Source: the human T2T-CHM13v2.0 reference genome, Homo sapiens. Taken from it: a DNA stretch of 64,000 nt. This document shows positions 1 through 15,590 of the stretch, piece after piece. Within the stretch, counting starts at the first letter, position 1. The number at the start of each line of letters is the position of its first letter. The DNA lies in the NCBI RefSeq assembly GCF_009914755.1, contig NC_060932.1; one strand, written 5' to 3'. A program made the translations under genes and the position numbers. Under the pieces are notes generated by a model. The model did no database searches. It was not told where the DNA came from and was given only the letters and a program-made list of their open reading frames with translations.

Positions 1-990
1 TGGGGGGGGCGGGGGTAATGCCTTTATCTTCCCATTTTAAGGGAAAGAATGAGCTGATCCTTGAATGATGATTCTCTTTCTCCTGATAAGAAATAAAATA
101 AGTAGCCTCCAGGCATTCCCTTCCACAGAGGAGCAATTGTTTTTTAAATAGCCCTATGGTGCCCAGTCTATTACTAAACCATATGAGTCATTTTTTAATA
201 TTACTGCATGTGAGTTAACACAATCTTCCCGAATTAAAGTTTTAGATGGTCCCTCAAAATGTTTAGGGCATGGTTTTCCTGCAGGTTTATATTGAAAGTA
301 TGGGGTACCTCCCATTACTCCTCCTTTCATTTGTTGTAAAGGAGAAAGGGAGAGGCCAGAGGCCAAATGTCCCATTTTATCTGTAGCTGATGTTTCTGAA
401 AGATAAGCAGCCCAGAACTGAGTTTCTAGATGGATGCAACCAGGTGCATGTCCGAGGCACAGAGGTGGGTATTTATAACCCATGGTAACATTAAATGCAG
501 TGCCTTCTTCTCCTGGTTGTGCGGGGCAAGGGTCGTCTATGGCTCCAGGCATCCACACACTATCGTTAGTGTAGATTTCTGCGGGAGCATCTATCCGGGT
601 GAGAGAGCGAATAAGTGGAGGAAAAGACACCTAAGCCCAAGAAGAATAATTATGTGTAGCAGGTAAATCAGTGTGAGAGGAAACTGGTGAGACAGAAAGT
701 ATAAGGAGGAGAATCATTAAATAAAACCTAGTGTAAGCGAGATGGAGTGCTGAAGGAGAAAGAGAAGAACAGTGGGATGTTATTTTCAGGCTAATAGAAA
801 TGGTGAGATATTTAGGTTTGTAAGGAGAAAAAGAAAGGTAATCAGGATAAGTGTGATTAGTTAGATGGGTCTCCACTGTCATCAGGGAGGATTGATTTAC
901 ACCCATTGTGATTTGGTGTGCCTGTTTCTGAGGAGTCGGCACAGATCTCACCACATCTGAAGGCAGTCTCTGACACAGACGTCTCTTCAC
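1..990 (-). pseudogene. env: HML-8 env remnant (leader/signal peptide and SU N-terminus), with stops
   Basis: ORF 631..990 carries a hydrophobic signal LMILLLILSVSPVSS. ORF 154..630 reads PLIR...EIYTNDSVWMPG..DDPCPAQPGEEG...GYKYPPLCLG, matching the HERV-K SU N-terminus. Confidence 0.85.
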
Positions 991-1019
991 TGTGGTTTTG
1001 ATTGTCAGTATTCACAAGA

Positions 1020-2545
1020 AGCTTGAGTCTTCTGGTGGGCACCCAGACAGGGGATTGATGATCTCCTGGTGAAACACAAGCATATCCTCTTCCCCACGTT
1101 AAGTAGAATAAGAGACAATATTTAAAGGTTTGGGGAAATCCTGTAAGGCAGTAATCACAGCAATTAACTCCGCATTTTGAAGAGAAGTATAAGAGGTAGA
1201 AAGAAGTTTGTCTGCAGGAACTGTATAGCCAGCATTGCCATTACCAGAGCCATCAGTGAATACTGTAACGGCCTCAGGAATGGGTTGATTTTTGGTTAAT
1301 CGAGGAACCACCCAAGACGTTATTTTTATAAAATCAAACAATTTGTTTTTTTGGATAATGATCGTCAATAACACCAATAAAATCAGCCAAGTGAATTTGC
1401 CACAGTACAGAATGTTGAAAGGCAGCTTGAACTTCGAGCTGATTTAAAGGAACTACAATTACACTTGGATCAAATCCAGAAAATTGAAGTATTCTGCACC
1501 GAACCTGTCCAATTAATATGGCTATTTGGTCTAGATAAAGTTTTTGACACAGAATGAGGAAGAAAACACCATTCCACTAAATCATTATGTTGAACTATTA
1601 GTCCAGTAGGAGAGTGTAATGAAGCAAAAACCAGAAGCTGAAAAGGCTGAAATGTCTGTACTCTAGATAACTGGGCAGTCTGGATTTTTTCCTCTACAAA
1701 TTCCAGATCCAGTAAAGCCTCAGGGGTCAAAGTCCTAGGGCTGCGGAGATCAGAATCTCCCCGCAGCATAGAGAACAAGTTAGACAGGGTATAGGTCGGA
1801 ATGCCTAAAGTAGGTCTTAAATAATTAATGTTACCCAAAAGTTTTTGGAAGTCATTTAAAGTTTTTAAAGAATCTCTCCTAATTTGAACTTTTTGAGGTT
1901 GAATACATTGTTTATCGACCACCATTCCTAAATATTGAACAGGAGTGGTCTGTTGAATTTTATCCTGAGCAATGCGTAATCCAGCCTCTGTAACACAGCG
2001 GTTCAAAATTTGGTAACAGTCAATTAATTTTTTATCAGTGGGGGCAGAAATTAAAATATCATCAATATAATGAAGAATATAGGCCTCGGGAAATCGGGCT
2101 CAAACTGGTGAAAGCACTTGTCCAACATAAAGCTGGCAGATTGTAGGGCTATTTAGCATTCCCTGAGGAAGTACTTTCCATTGATAACGAGCTACAGGCT
2201 CCTGATTATTGATAGATGGTAGAGTAAAAGCAAATTTTTCACAATCCGATTTATGTAAAGCGATATGAAAAAAAAAAACTCTTTAAGATCAATAACTATG
2301 AGAGGCCAATCTTTAGGTATTAAAGCAGGGGCAGGCATGCCGGGTTGGACGGCCCCCATAGGTTTAATTACAGCATTAATGGCCCTTAAATCGGTTACTA
2401 TCCGCCATTTGCCTGATTTCTTTTTTACTAGAAACAGGAGAATTCCAAGGGGAAAGAGAAGGTTCCACATTTCCAAGTTGTAACTGCTCAGAAACCAATT
2501 GATTTAAAGCCTCCAGTTTTTCTTTAGAAAGCGGCCCCTGCTGAA
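1020..2545 (-). pseudogene. pol: HML-8 pol remnant: RT, connection, RNase H and integrase C-terminus; frameshifted, integrase core deleted
   Basis: Motifs seen: [37 protein letters not shown] (~2055-2075), [17 protein letters not shown], RNase H VFTDGS, integrase tail [18 protein letters not shown]. Confidence 0.92.
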
Positions 2546-2609
2546 TCCCAGGGCCACTTGTCTTATCTCCTTTGTTTAAAAGGATATTAGGTAGTAAAAG
2601 CAATTGAGC
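2545..2609 (-). pseudogene. pro: pro remnant (dUTPase C-terminal motif)
   Basis: [21 protein letters not shown] resembles the betaretroviral dUTPase segment IAQLLLLP...RG.G. Confidence 0.6.
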
Positions 2610-3645
2610 TTGTTGAACAGTAGTAAAAGAAACAGGAGCTTGGGCTGGGGAGTGTAGTTTATCCCAAGCTCTCATACACACTTTTGTTACTTGTTCTGTG
2701 GTAAGAGTATCAAAGTTTAATTGGGCATAAGCATCAGAGAAACTATCGGAGCCTGTGAGCTGAGCCTGAGTAATTAGAATGCCATTACTCCGATTTAGCT
2801 GAGCCTGTAAACAGGCCTCCTCCTACCACCAGGCTGAGATGGACTTAGAACAGCTTTTTGCCAAAAGATCACAGTCTAAAGGAAGCAAAACGACCTCAGT
2901 ATAAAAAGTTTGCAATACCATTTGAACATAAGGAAAAGTAGGACCATATTGAGTACAAGCATCCTTAAATTGTTTTTAAAAAGGTAAGATTGAGCGGCGC
3001 ATATCGAAGCAGACTGGCTGAGGAACTGAAACGACAGGAGGGTGAGGGGCTGTAGTGGATGGGGGAGGGCCTGGAGAATGACAGGTAAATTGTAGTTTGG
3101 TCCCAGAGCCATTATTTGACGCTGGAGGTTTGAAGAGAGAAGAATTAGCATATTTATGGTACCGGGCTTTTTGAGTCACAGCCGCAGGAGTTTGAAGTAC
3201 CGGCTTTTCGTGGGAAGAAGTAAGAAAAGTAGGGGGTAACTTTAAGCCAAAGTTACCAGAGTTAGAAATCGAATTTTCAGAATCGTTAGGGAGGGGAGGA
3301 GTAGCTGAAGGGAGAGTCTGAACGAAGGCCATGTGGGAGAGGAAGGTTGAGAAAAAGGCAGAGAAACTGAGGAAAAGGCAGAAAACTGCGGCAACTGCAG
3401 GGGGTCAGGAGATTGGCAAGCCACGAAGATGTCACGCACCAAGCACCCCAAACAGTGATGGGCACATAATACCCGGCCGAGATCAGTTTTCGGAATGCCT
3501 TACGGACACAATCACACAATTTTATATACACCGTTCCTTTTTCAGGAAACCAAGAACAGTATTTTTCTACTGCCCTGAATAGAGTGATCATATTTTTCAT
3601 GGTTACCGGTTTTAACAGGAGTTTGTTAGATTACACATGACCCAC
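2610..3645 (-). pseudogene. gag: HML-8 gag remnant (matrix p10 and capsid), disrupted
   Basis: Matrix: MITLFRAVEKYCSWFPEKGT...YYVPITVW. Capsid-like: FKDACTQYGP and VCMRAWDKL...VSFTTV. Confidence 0.85.
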
Positions 3646-3781
3646 AGTTAACCCAGACCTTACACAGATTACTCACCACTCATCGGGGAGTTGAACACGC
3701 TTATCTGTGGACCAAGCCGATTGACGTTTCACCGCACCTACCAAAGGGAATCCGGTTCCCTCATGCACTTAGGAAAAAAGA

Positions 3782-3799
3782 AAGACCACGTGGGCGCCA
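3782..3799 (-). promoter_or_regulatory. Primer binding site (tRNA-Lys type, degenerate)
   Basis: TGGCGCCCACGTGG lies 2 nt after the LTR end. The canonical Lys PBS is TGGCGCCCAACGTGGGGC. Confidence 0.75.
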
Positions 3800-3801
3800 G
3801 A

Positions 3802-4860
3802 TATCGGGGGACCTGCCCCGATAATCACGTAGGTTCTTTTCTATTTTCCTAAGCGTCGACTGGCTTGAGAAATAAAAGGACAGAGTACAAAAGAGAGAAA
3901 TTGTAAAGCTGGGCATCTGGGGGAGACATCACACATTGGTAGGATCCGTGATGCCCCACAAGCCACAAAAACCAGCAAGTTTTTATTAGGGAGTTTCAAA
4001 AGGGGAGGGAGTATATGAATAGGTGTGGGTGACAGACATCAAGTACTTCACAGGGTAATAGAATATCACAAGGCAAGTGGAGACAGGGCCAGACCACAGG
4101 ACGGAAGTGAAATTAAAATTGCTAATGAAGTTTTGGCACCATTGTCATTGATAACATCTTATGAGGAGACAGGGTTTTGAGATCAACCCGTCTGACCAAA
4201 GTTTATTAGGCGGGAATTTTCTCTTCCTAATAAGCCTGGGAGTGCTATGGGAGACTGGAGTTTATTTCACCTCTGCAATCTCGACCATAAGAGACAGGTA
4301 CGCCCCGGGGGGCCAGTTCAGAGACCTACCCCTAGGTGCGCATTCTCTTTCTCAGGGACGTTCCATGCTGAGAAAAGGAATTCAGCGATATTTCTCCCAT
4401 TTGCTTTTGAAAGAAGAGAAATATGGTTCTGTTCTGCCTGGCTCACCAGCGGTCAGAGTTTAAGGTTATCTCTCTAATTCCCTGAACAATTGCTGTTATC
4501 CTGTTCTTTTTTCAGGGTGTCCACATTTCATATTGCTCAAACACACATGATGTACAATTTATGTACTTAACGCAATTATTACAGGTCCTGAGACGATATA
4601 CATCCTTCTCGACTGACAGGATTAAGAGATTAAAGTAATGACAGGCATAGGAAATCACAAGGGTATTGATTGGGAAAGTGATAAGTGTCCATGAAATCTT
4701 CACAATTTATGTTTAGAGATTGCAGTAAAGACAGGCATAAGAAATTACAAAAGTATTAATTTGGGGAACTAATAAATGTCCATAAAATCTTCATAATCCA
4801 CGTTCTTCTGTCATGGCTTCAGCTGGTCCCTCCATTTGGGGTCCCTGACTTCCCGCAACA
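3802..4860 (-). mobile_element. MER11 LTR (5' LTR of HERV-K11)
   Basis: ~1.06 kb. Minus strand begins TGTTGCGGGAAGTCAGGGACCCC and ends CCCCCGATA, followed by the PBS. Internal duplicated ~85-bp unit near 4640-4800. Confidence 0.88.
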
Positions 4861-5262
4861 CAGCACAGTGCCTGGCACAAAAGAGTTGCTCAATAAATAA
4901 ATCAGGATGAATAGATAAATACACGGATAGGCACTTTGAACTACAGATGAGCTTAAATACTTTGTGTTTTTCTTAGTCAAACATGTGCAATGAAGCATGT
5001 GATAAATGTTATGATGACCACACCTGTGTCTTGCCTGATGTTCTTTGCAATCACTAAATGAAGTCAATTGTGCCTGTTTTGACAGTTCTATTTTCAACCT
5101 AATGATCTGTTTAACTTCTGGCTGTTGGCTTTGTTTGGGTTTTTTAGCCTGACAAAGTGGTAGATATTGGTATTTGCTCTTTTGTTTAAATGTCACGAAC
5201 TTTAAAAATGCCTTTGCTTTTGGTAAGAAACCCTAGTTAGGACACCCTAGCGGTCAGGATGA

Positions 5263-5618
<356 letters not shown>

Positions 5619-6042
5619 TGAGGCTTATTCTTGGTCACGTTGCATGTCTGGGCTGTGTTAGGGCATTCTGGGGTGGTCTGTTCATTGTGTTCACTCAGGG
5701 ATCCAGGCTGACAAAAGCCCCATCTCTGCATGTGTCCTTGATCACCACTTCAGGGCAAAGGGAATGTGGTGGATCATAGAGCAGCCTCTTAACACTTCCA
5801 CCTGGAGGTGACTCAAGTTGCTGCTGCTCATGGTTCATTGGACAAAACGGATCACAGAGTCATGGGCAACTTCTCTGTGCCTGGAAGGGGAAACAAAATA
5901 TGAATAGCCACATTGATTTTCCCTAGATATTACACAGAAGACCTCATTTAAACACAGTTACTTATTTGTGTTTTGAAGCTAATTGTAGTCCATCAAACTT
6001 CACAGAAGATATGTGCACTTCCAAGCTATTATTAAGCACAAT

Positions 6043-6346
6043 TCTTTTTTTTTTTTTTTTTTTTGAGACAGAGTCTCACTCTCTTGTCCAGGCTGGAGTG
6101 CAGTGGCATGATCATGGATCGCTGCAACTTCTGCCTCCTGAGTTCAAGTGATTTTCATGCGTCAGCCTCCCAAAATGCTGGGATTACAGACACCCACCAC
6201 CACGCCTGGCTAAGTTTTGTATTTTTAGTAGAGATGGGGTTTCACCATGTTGGCCTGGCTGGTCTGGAACTCCTGACCTCAGGTGATCCACCTGCCTCGG
6301 CCTCCCAAAGTGCTGAGATGACAGGCGTGAGCCGCCGCACCCGGCC
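6043..6346 (-). mobile_element. Alu (AluS)
   Basis: Poly-T followed by a full antisense Alu. Confidence 0.92.
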
Positions 6347-6620
6347 TTGAGTACGATTTTTGATTTGGAAGGTCAGAGTTAGGGTTTTAGTCTGAGGACT
6401 GTATGATGTGAAGGTGAAAAGCAGAGCTTGGCTGTGAGTTTGCTGGGATTCCTGTGCTGCTTCTACAGCTCTTTGGCTGTGTGACCATCACTTTTGGCAA
6501 GTTCCTTTACCTTTCTATGTGTTGGTTTCCTCATCAATAAAATGGAAAAACTAATCATAATCATAATAGCTATTGGTGTTGGGATAGCCCAGTGGTTGAC
6601 ACATAAGGACTCAAACATAC

Positions 6621-6918
<298 letters not shown>

Positions 6919-7286
6919 TCAAAAATACTATTATTAATTTTGGGGGGCAGTTATTATATTTTGTGAAAATCAGAGTTCAGTACCTTGTAACACTGAGTTG
7001 GGATCTATCCCTGAAGGAACAGGCTTCTAAAGAGGAAGGCATCGAGAGAGGGGCAAAATTTTAGTGGACGCTGTAATGACTTTAGGTATATGGACCTGGG
7101 GCAGAGTTCTAGCTGGGGCCACCAGGTAGCAAGGTGGACTTTGCTAAATTCTATCACTTTCCTGGGCCTCAGACTCACTTGTTACAAATGGGATTAAAGC
7201 ATCCCTCTTTCAGGGCTAAGATAAAGATGATTAAGTAAGAGGGAATGAAAGCAACTTCCATCAATGGTCAAAAGTATTCATTTAAC

Positions 7287-7588
7287 TTTTTTTTTTTTTT
7301 TTTTTTTTGAGATGGAGTCTCTCTCTGTTGCCCAGGTTGGAGTGCAGTGGCATGGTCCCGGGTCACTGCAACCTCCACCTCCTGGGTTCAAGTGATTCCC
7401 TTGCCTCAGCCTCCTGAGTAGCTGGGACTACAGGTGCATGCCACCACGCCTGGCTAATTTTTGTATTTTTAGTAGAGACGGGGTTTTACCATGTTGGCCA
7501 GGATGGTCTCGACCTCCTGACCTTGTGATCCACCCACCTTAGCCTCCCAAAGTGTTGGGATTGCAGGCATGAGCCACCATGCCTGGCC
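7287..7588 (-). mobile_element. Alu (AluSc-like)
   Basis: Poly-T followed by antisense Alu; TSD CATTTAACTT. Confidence 0.92.
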
Positions 7589-7611
7589 CATTTAACTTCT
7601 ATATTATTTTC

Positions 7612-8168
7612 CTGTTGGTGGATTTACCAGTACAAACTGAGCAGCTTAAAACACCATCCAGTTATTATCTGTTTCCATGAGCCAAGGCTCTGGGCAGGGT
7701 TTAACTGGGTCTTCTATTCCGGGTCACAATACTGCAACCAGAGTGTCAGCTGGGGTCTCATCAGATGCTCAGTGTCCTCTTCCAAGCTTATTCAGTTTGT
7801 GGACTGAATTCAATTTCTTGCAATTGTAGAACGAAGGCCCTCAGCTCCTAGAGCTGCCACCTCCAAAGACAGTTCACAGCATGGCCATTTTTGTCTCCTT
7901 GGAGGCTAAGGGTTGAATCTCTGAAACTTCACCTTTAAAAGACTCACCTGATTAGGTCTGGCCCACCTAAGATCATCCTGCTTTGGATGAACTCAAAGTC
8001 AGCTGAGCAAATGTGCTTAACAAAGCAAGTGTGACCATAATCACATTTGCAAAATTCCTTCCCCTTGGCCAAATCACAAGCTCTGCACACACTCAAGAAG
8101 AGATGATACAGGGAGCAGATATAAGGGAGTGGTTCTCTTGGGGGCTGTCCTAGAACTCTGCCCATTAC
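7612..8168 (-). mobile_element. MLT1 (MaLR) LTR
   Basis: Degenerate MLT1D-like antisense sequence (cagcttaaaacacc...gactcacctgattaggtc...ctgcccattaca). Confidence 0.6.
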
Positions 8169-8298
8169 AACTTCCTTTCTCGAGGAACAGCAGGCCTGGG
8201 GAGAGATGATCACGGATGAGAGCAGCCCACAGGTTGTGAGCGCCAGGTGCTGGAGTAGGATGCAGGAGGCTGACAAGCAAGTATGAAAAGCCTTCACT

Positions 8299-8460
8299 GG
8301 GCTGGGTGGAGTGGCTCACACCTGTAATCCCAACACTATGGGAGGTCGAGGTGGGCGGATCACGAGGTCAAGAGATCGAGACTATCCTGGCCAACCAACA
8401 TGGGGAAACCCCGTCTCTACTAAAAACACAAAAAATAGCTGGGAGTGGTGGCACACGTCT
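8299..8460 (+). mobile_element. Alu, 3'-truncated
   Basis: Left monomer and linker only; breaks off abruptly. Confidence 0.88.
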
Positions 8461-8464
8461 CTAA

Positions 8465-8600
8465 CAACCCAGCTCCCCAAGTAGCAATTCCTGTCCCTTT
8501 TAAGGGCTCACAACCCTAAGGGGGTCCGCGTGAGAGGGTCGTGATCATGAGAGTCATGATCGATTGACCAAGAAGGGAGTACGTGACTGGGGGCTGCATT
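8465..8600 (-). mobile_element. MER9-like (HML-3) LTR fragment
   Basis: gcaattcctgtcccttttaagggctcacaac...acgtgactgggggctgcat matches my recollection of MER9. Confidence 0.6.
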
Positions 8601-8632
8601 CAGCAAACCCCATCTCTACTAAAATAGCAAAA

Positions 8633-9598
<966 letters not shown>

Positions 9599-9599
9599 A

Positions 9600-10040
9600 C
9601 CAATGACTTTCTTATAACCAAGAGAATATGGCAGAGGTGATGGGATGTAGTGATTATGTTAGATAGGATGTTAAGTTGTCTTGCTAGGAGGTTATCTTGC
9701 TGGCTTTGAAGATGTGAGCTGCCATGTCATGAGTGGCCAGATGGAGAGGCCCATGTGGCAAGAAGCTGAGGACAGCAAGAACCTGGGGCCCTGAGTCCAG
9801 CAGCCTACAAGGAACTGAATGCTGCCAACAACCAGATGAGCCTGGAAGCAGATCAATCACCAGTCAAGCCTCCAGATGAGAACTGAGCCCTGGCTGACAT
9901 TATGGTTGTAGCCTTGCACTGAACCCAGCTGAGTCACGCCTGGATTCCTGACCCACAGAAACCACATAGTGATAACTGTGTGCTGTCTCAAGCCACAAAG
10001 TTTGCAGTAATATTGTTGCACAGCAATAGATAACTAATAT
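9600..10040 (+). mobile_element. MLT1 (MaLR) LTR
   Basis: agaatatggcagaggtgatgg...gctgccaacaacc...cagcaatagataactaata terminus. Confidence 0.7.
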
Positions 10041-10330
10041 GAAAACTGTCTTACATCATGTACATTACTGAGTGAAATGTAGAACCTGGATTTAAGCTCT
10101 GATTTCAGAGTTGTGGTTTCAGTCTCCCCAGGGAGACCTGTCCTGGGAGACAGTTATGCCAGGCTGTGATGCTGTGATGATTGTTCTCTTCCTACCCAGA
10201 AGCTTTCAATAGGCATGTCAAGCATGTGACCCCAGCTACATATACCAAATATATTTCTGACAAATGACAGGACATCATGAGCTTTCTTGTTTTACTGAGA
10301 GCTCCATAAAGGAAGGATCATCTCTGTCTC

Positions 10331-10633
10331 TTTGTTTTTTTTTTTTTTTTTTTTTTTTTAAGAGTCTCACTCTCACCCAGGCTGGGTGTAGTGGTGCGAT
10401 CTCGGCTCACTGCAGTCTCTGCCTCCTGGGCTCAAGGGATTCTCCAGCCTCAGCCTCCTGAGTAGCTGGGATCAAAGGTGTGCATCACCGCACCCAGCTA
10501 ATTTCATATTTTTGGTAGAGACGGGGTTTACTCATGTTGGCCAGGCAGATCTTGAACTCCTGGCCTCAAGCGATTCGCCTACCTCGGCCTCCCAAAGTGC
10601 TGGGATTACAGGCATGAGCCAATGCACCTGGCC
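10331..10633 (-). mobile_element. Alu
   Basis: Poly-T followed by antisense Alu. Confidence 0.9.
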
Positions 10634-10963
10634 TGTCTTTTTTATGTTATGTCCATGTGAAACAGCCCAGTGGTCAGCACACAAAGGGGTCCAAATGTGA
10701 AAGGAAAGGGCAAACATGGGAAACCTAGGGGTGTTCAGAAATAGTTCCCAGGTCATTGACTGTTTCAATATGTACAGTCCTGGGCCACACGCACAAGATT
10801 CTGTCTTAGCAGGTCAGAGTTAGAGATGGGGAGCTACCTGGTTACGAGGGATCCCAGTGCATTTTGAGGCAGCTGGTTGTTAAGACTGCATTGTAAAAAT
10901 TACAACCCAAAGATGTGAACGGAAACAGAAAGACATTGGCAGGCTAGAAAACAACACAAGTAA

Positions 10964-11440
<477 letters not shown>

Positions 11441-11444
11441 GCAG

Positions 11445-11875
11445 TATTTTTTTAATGAGGCAAAATTCACATAACATACAAGTCCCTGTATGAAACCATA
11501 CACTTCAGTATCATTAAATACATTCACAATATTAAGCAATCATCATCTCTGTCTAGTTCCAAAACATTTTCATTAACACCCCCGCCCCCCAAAAAAATAA
11601 CCCTGTATCCATCAAGCATTCTCCATCCCCTCCCCTTTCCCCCAGCTCCTGGCAACCACTTACCTGCTTTCTGCCTCTATAGATTTGCCTATTCTGGGCC
11701 TTTCACATAAATGGAATCATGCAATATATATAATAACCAAAAGGTAGCAACAACCAAGATGGCCATTTGGTTGACGAATGAACAAACAATATGTGCGGTA
11801 TCCATACAATGGAAATATTGGTGCCTACTACATGTGGATGGACCCTGGAAACATCATGCTAAGTGAGAGAGAGCC
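11445..11875 (-). mobile_element. L1M 3' end with inverted 5' piece
   Basis: Antisense L1M 3' UTR to ~11727, then a sense L1M piece 11730-11875. Confidence 0.65.
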
Positions 11876-12132
11876 TTGGTATTGTCTCTTCTCCCCAGGA
11901 GATTCCAAGATGCAGCCAAGGTTGAGACCCACTGACAAGCAATGGATAAGGTTGGGTGCAGATGAAATAAGGCAGCCAGGGGCAGGAGGGACGTCTCATT
12001 GAAGACGACTATTTGTGGATGCCTAGCAGGGGTGGGGATGAGGGATGATAACAGCAACCCCAATCCCAACACTGCGTGACCGATTTTATCTTCAGCCAGC
12101 TGATACTCCTCATGGGGTTTGGACACAGGACA

Positions 12133-12371
<239 letters not shown>

Positions 12372-12467
12372 TGACTTTCCACCTCCAGAAAATCCAACCT
12401 TTTCCCAAGTCACAGTGGGACACCCCGGAGATAATTTGAGAGAAATATGCTTTTAAAAACAACTCAA

Positions 12468-12763
12468 GGCCAGGCGCAGTGGCTCACGCCTGTAATCCTA
12501 GCACTTTGGGAAGCCGAGGCGGACAGATCACGAGGTCAGGAGATCAAGACCATCCTGGCCAACATGGTGAAACCCTGTGTCTACTAAAAATACAAAAAAT
12601 TAGCCGGGCATGGTGGCACATGCCTGAAAGCCCAGCTACTAGGGAGGCTGAGGCAGGAGAATCGCTTGAACCAGGGAGTCAGAGGTTGCAGTGAGCCGAG
12701 ATCGCACCACTGCACTCCAGCCTGGCGACAGAGAGAGATTCCGTCTCAAAATAGATAAATAAA
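12468..12763 (+). mobile_element. Alu (AluSc-like)
   Basis: Full sense Alu with A-rich tail. Confidence 0.92.
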
Positions 12764-13716
12764 ACCCTCCGATATGAACACCAAACTAGAATCATTCCAC
12801 TGATTTCCCTCCGCCAATCAGGGGGAGTTATGGTGATGGTGCATGAGTGTCTATTTGCATTGAGTCTTAATGGAAAAAAAGGTTGTGTCACTCAAAGGAA
12901 AAACAAATCACAGCCCAGACTGGAGCTGTGGATTAATAACATGGCTGAGTGTTGGTACAGGCTTTCCACAGCAATATTAAAACTGAAAAAATCAGCAATG
13001 AAGCTCCCAGCCACATTTCTGCCAAATGATTTGGGGGAAAACAACAGAGGCACTCCTCAACTTTTCCTTCGCTGCACAAAGTGGGTTTGGCTGGAAATGC
13101 CAAGTGTACTTGTTGCTAGGATCTTTCAAATGAAAGCAAGCTGGGAGTCAACCTCCTGCAGCCGCAGGTCAGAAATGGGTTTAGACCAAACTAGTATAGT
13201 AACACTGGTGCACATCGAAACAGATTTAACTCCCTCCCAGCAATCCAGATTAATTTAATATGCTTTCTTATTGGCATTCTGCATTTTTCATTAAAGCAAA
13301 TAAACATCCATCCCTCTGTGATAAGTTAGGGCAAAAAAAAAAAAAAAATTCATATGTTTAGGTCATAGGGAAGGAGGAATTGTTGGCTGTTAAAAAAATA
13401 CTGCAAATGGCCTTTGAAAGTCTAGACATCTTCATCATAAACACAAACATTCCTCTTCACAAAGGGACTTCAAGTAACCTTAGGCTGGAGGGCCCACTTG
13501 AGTATGTTTTTCTTCTCATTCTTTCTTACCTTCCCTCCAGCCAACCCAACCCACATTCAGTGACCAAGTCACGTGGGTTTTACCTCCTAAATCTTTTCAG
13601 ATCCGTTCACTGCTCAGCCACTCTCCTGACACCACCATAAACCAAGCCACCATCACCTCCAGCTGTTTGACTGCAAAGGCCTCCTCACTGGCCTCTGTCT
13701 TCCCCTGGCCCTGTGA

Positions 13717-14160
<444 letters not shown>

Positions 14161-14388
14161 CTATCTCAGTCCATCCCTACATCAGCCCTTTATTTCACCA
14201 GTGGGGAAGCTGGGACACAGAGTAGTTAGGTGGGATGCCCAAGGTGGGACCACTCGTGTGAAGTTTCCACACCCTAATGTGAGACCCTCCATGACCTAGC
14301 CCCTCTCTTTCTCCAGCCTCATTTCCTGATTCTCTCGCTTGGCCTGCAGGCTTCAGCCACACAAACTTCTTTAAAGTCCCTTAAATCT

Positions 14389-14680
14389 GGCTGAGCGCAG
14401 TGGCTCACACCTGTAATCTCAGCACTTTGGGAAGCTGAGGCGGCTGGATCACCTGAGTTCAGGAGTTCGAGACCAGCCTGGTCAACATGGTGGAACCCCA
14501 TCTCTACTAAATATCCCAAAATTAGACAGGTGTGGTGGATGGCACCTGTAATCCCAGCTACTCGGGAGACTGAGGCAGGAAAATCGCTTGGACTCGGGAG
14601 GCAGAGGTTGCCATGAGCCAAGATCGCACCACTCCACCCAAGCCTGGGCGTCAAGAGTGAAAGTCCGTCTCAAAAAAAAA
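14389..14680 (+). mobile_element. Alu (AluS)
   Basis: Full Alu; TSD GTCCCTTAAATCT. Confidence 0.92.
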
Positions 14681-14829
14681 GGTCCCTTAAATCTGCTCTA
14701 TGCCTACCAACCTCAGGGACTTCACTATGCTGTTTCTCACCCTGAAATGCTGTTCCTCATTTCTCTACATAGTGAACTCATCCCACCCTCTAGGCCTCTC
14801 CTTAAGTGGCATCACTTCAAGGAAGATTT

Positions 14830-15590
<761 letters not shown>

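Larger units (their letters stand above)
1..4860 (-). mobile_element. HERV-K11 (HML-8) defective provirus, 5' LTR to env, continuing off the left edge
   Basis: On the minus strand the order is LTR, PBS, gag, pro remnant, pol, env, all with betaretroviral motifs. The LTR starts TGTTGCGGGAAGTCAGGGACCCC, typical of MER11. Confidence 0.9.

Noticed and set aside
1-16. G-run at the window edge
   Set aside because: Short homopolymer tract inside degraded env and truncated by the window; not interpretable.
9599-9613. 15-nt exact match (accaatgactttctt) to L1 positions 8951-8965, suggesting a templated junction
   Set aside because: The same bases fit the start of the adjacent MLT1 LTR (..GTGACTTGCTTCTAACC-like), so coincidence cannot be excluded.
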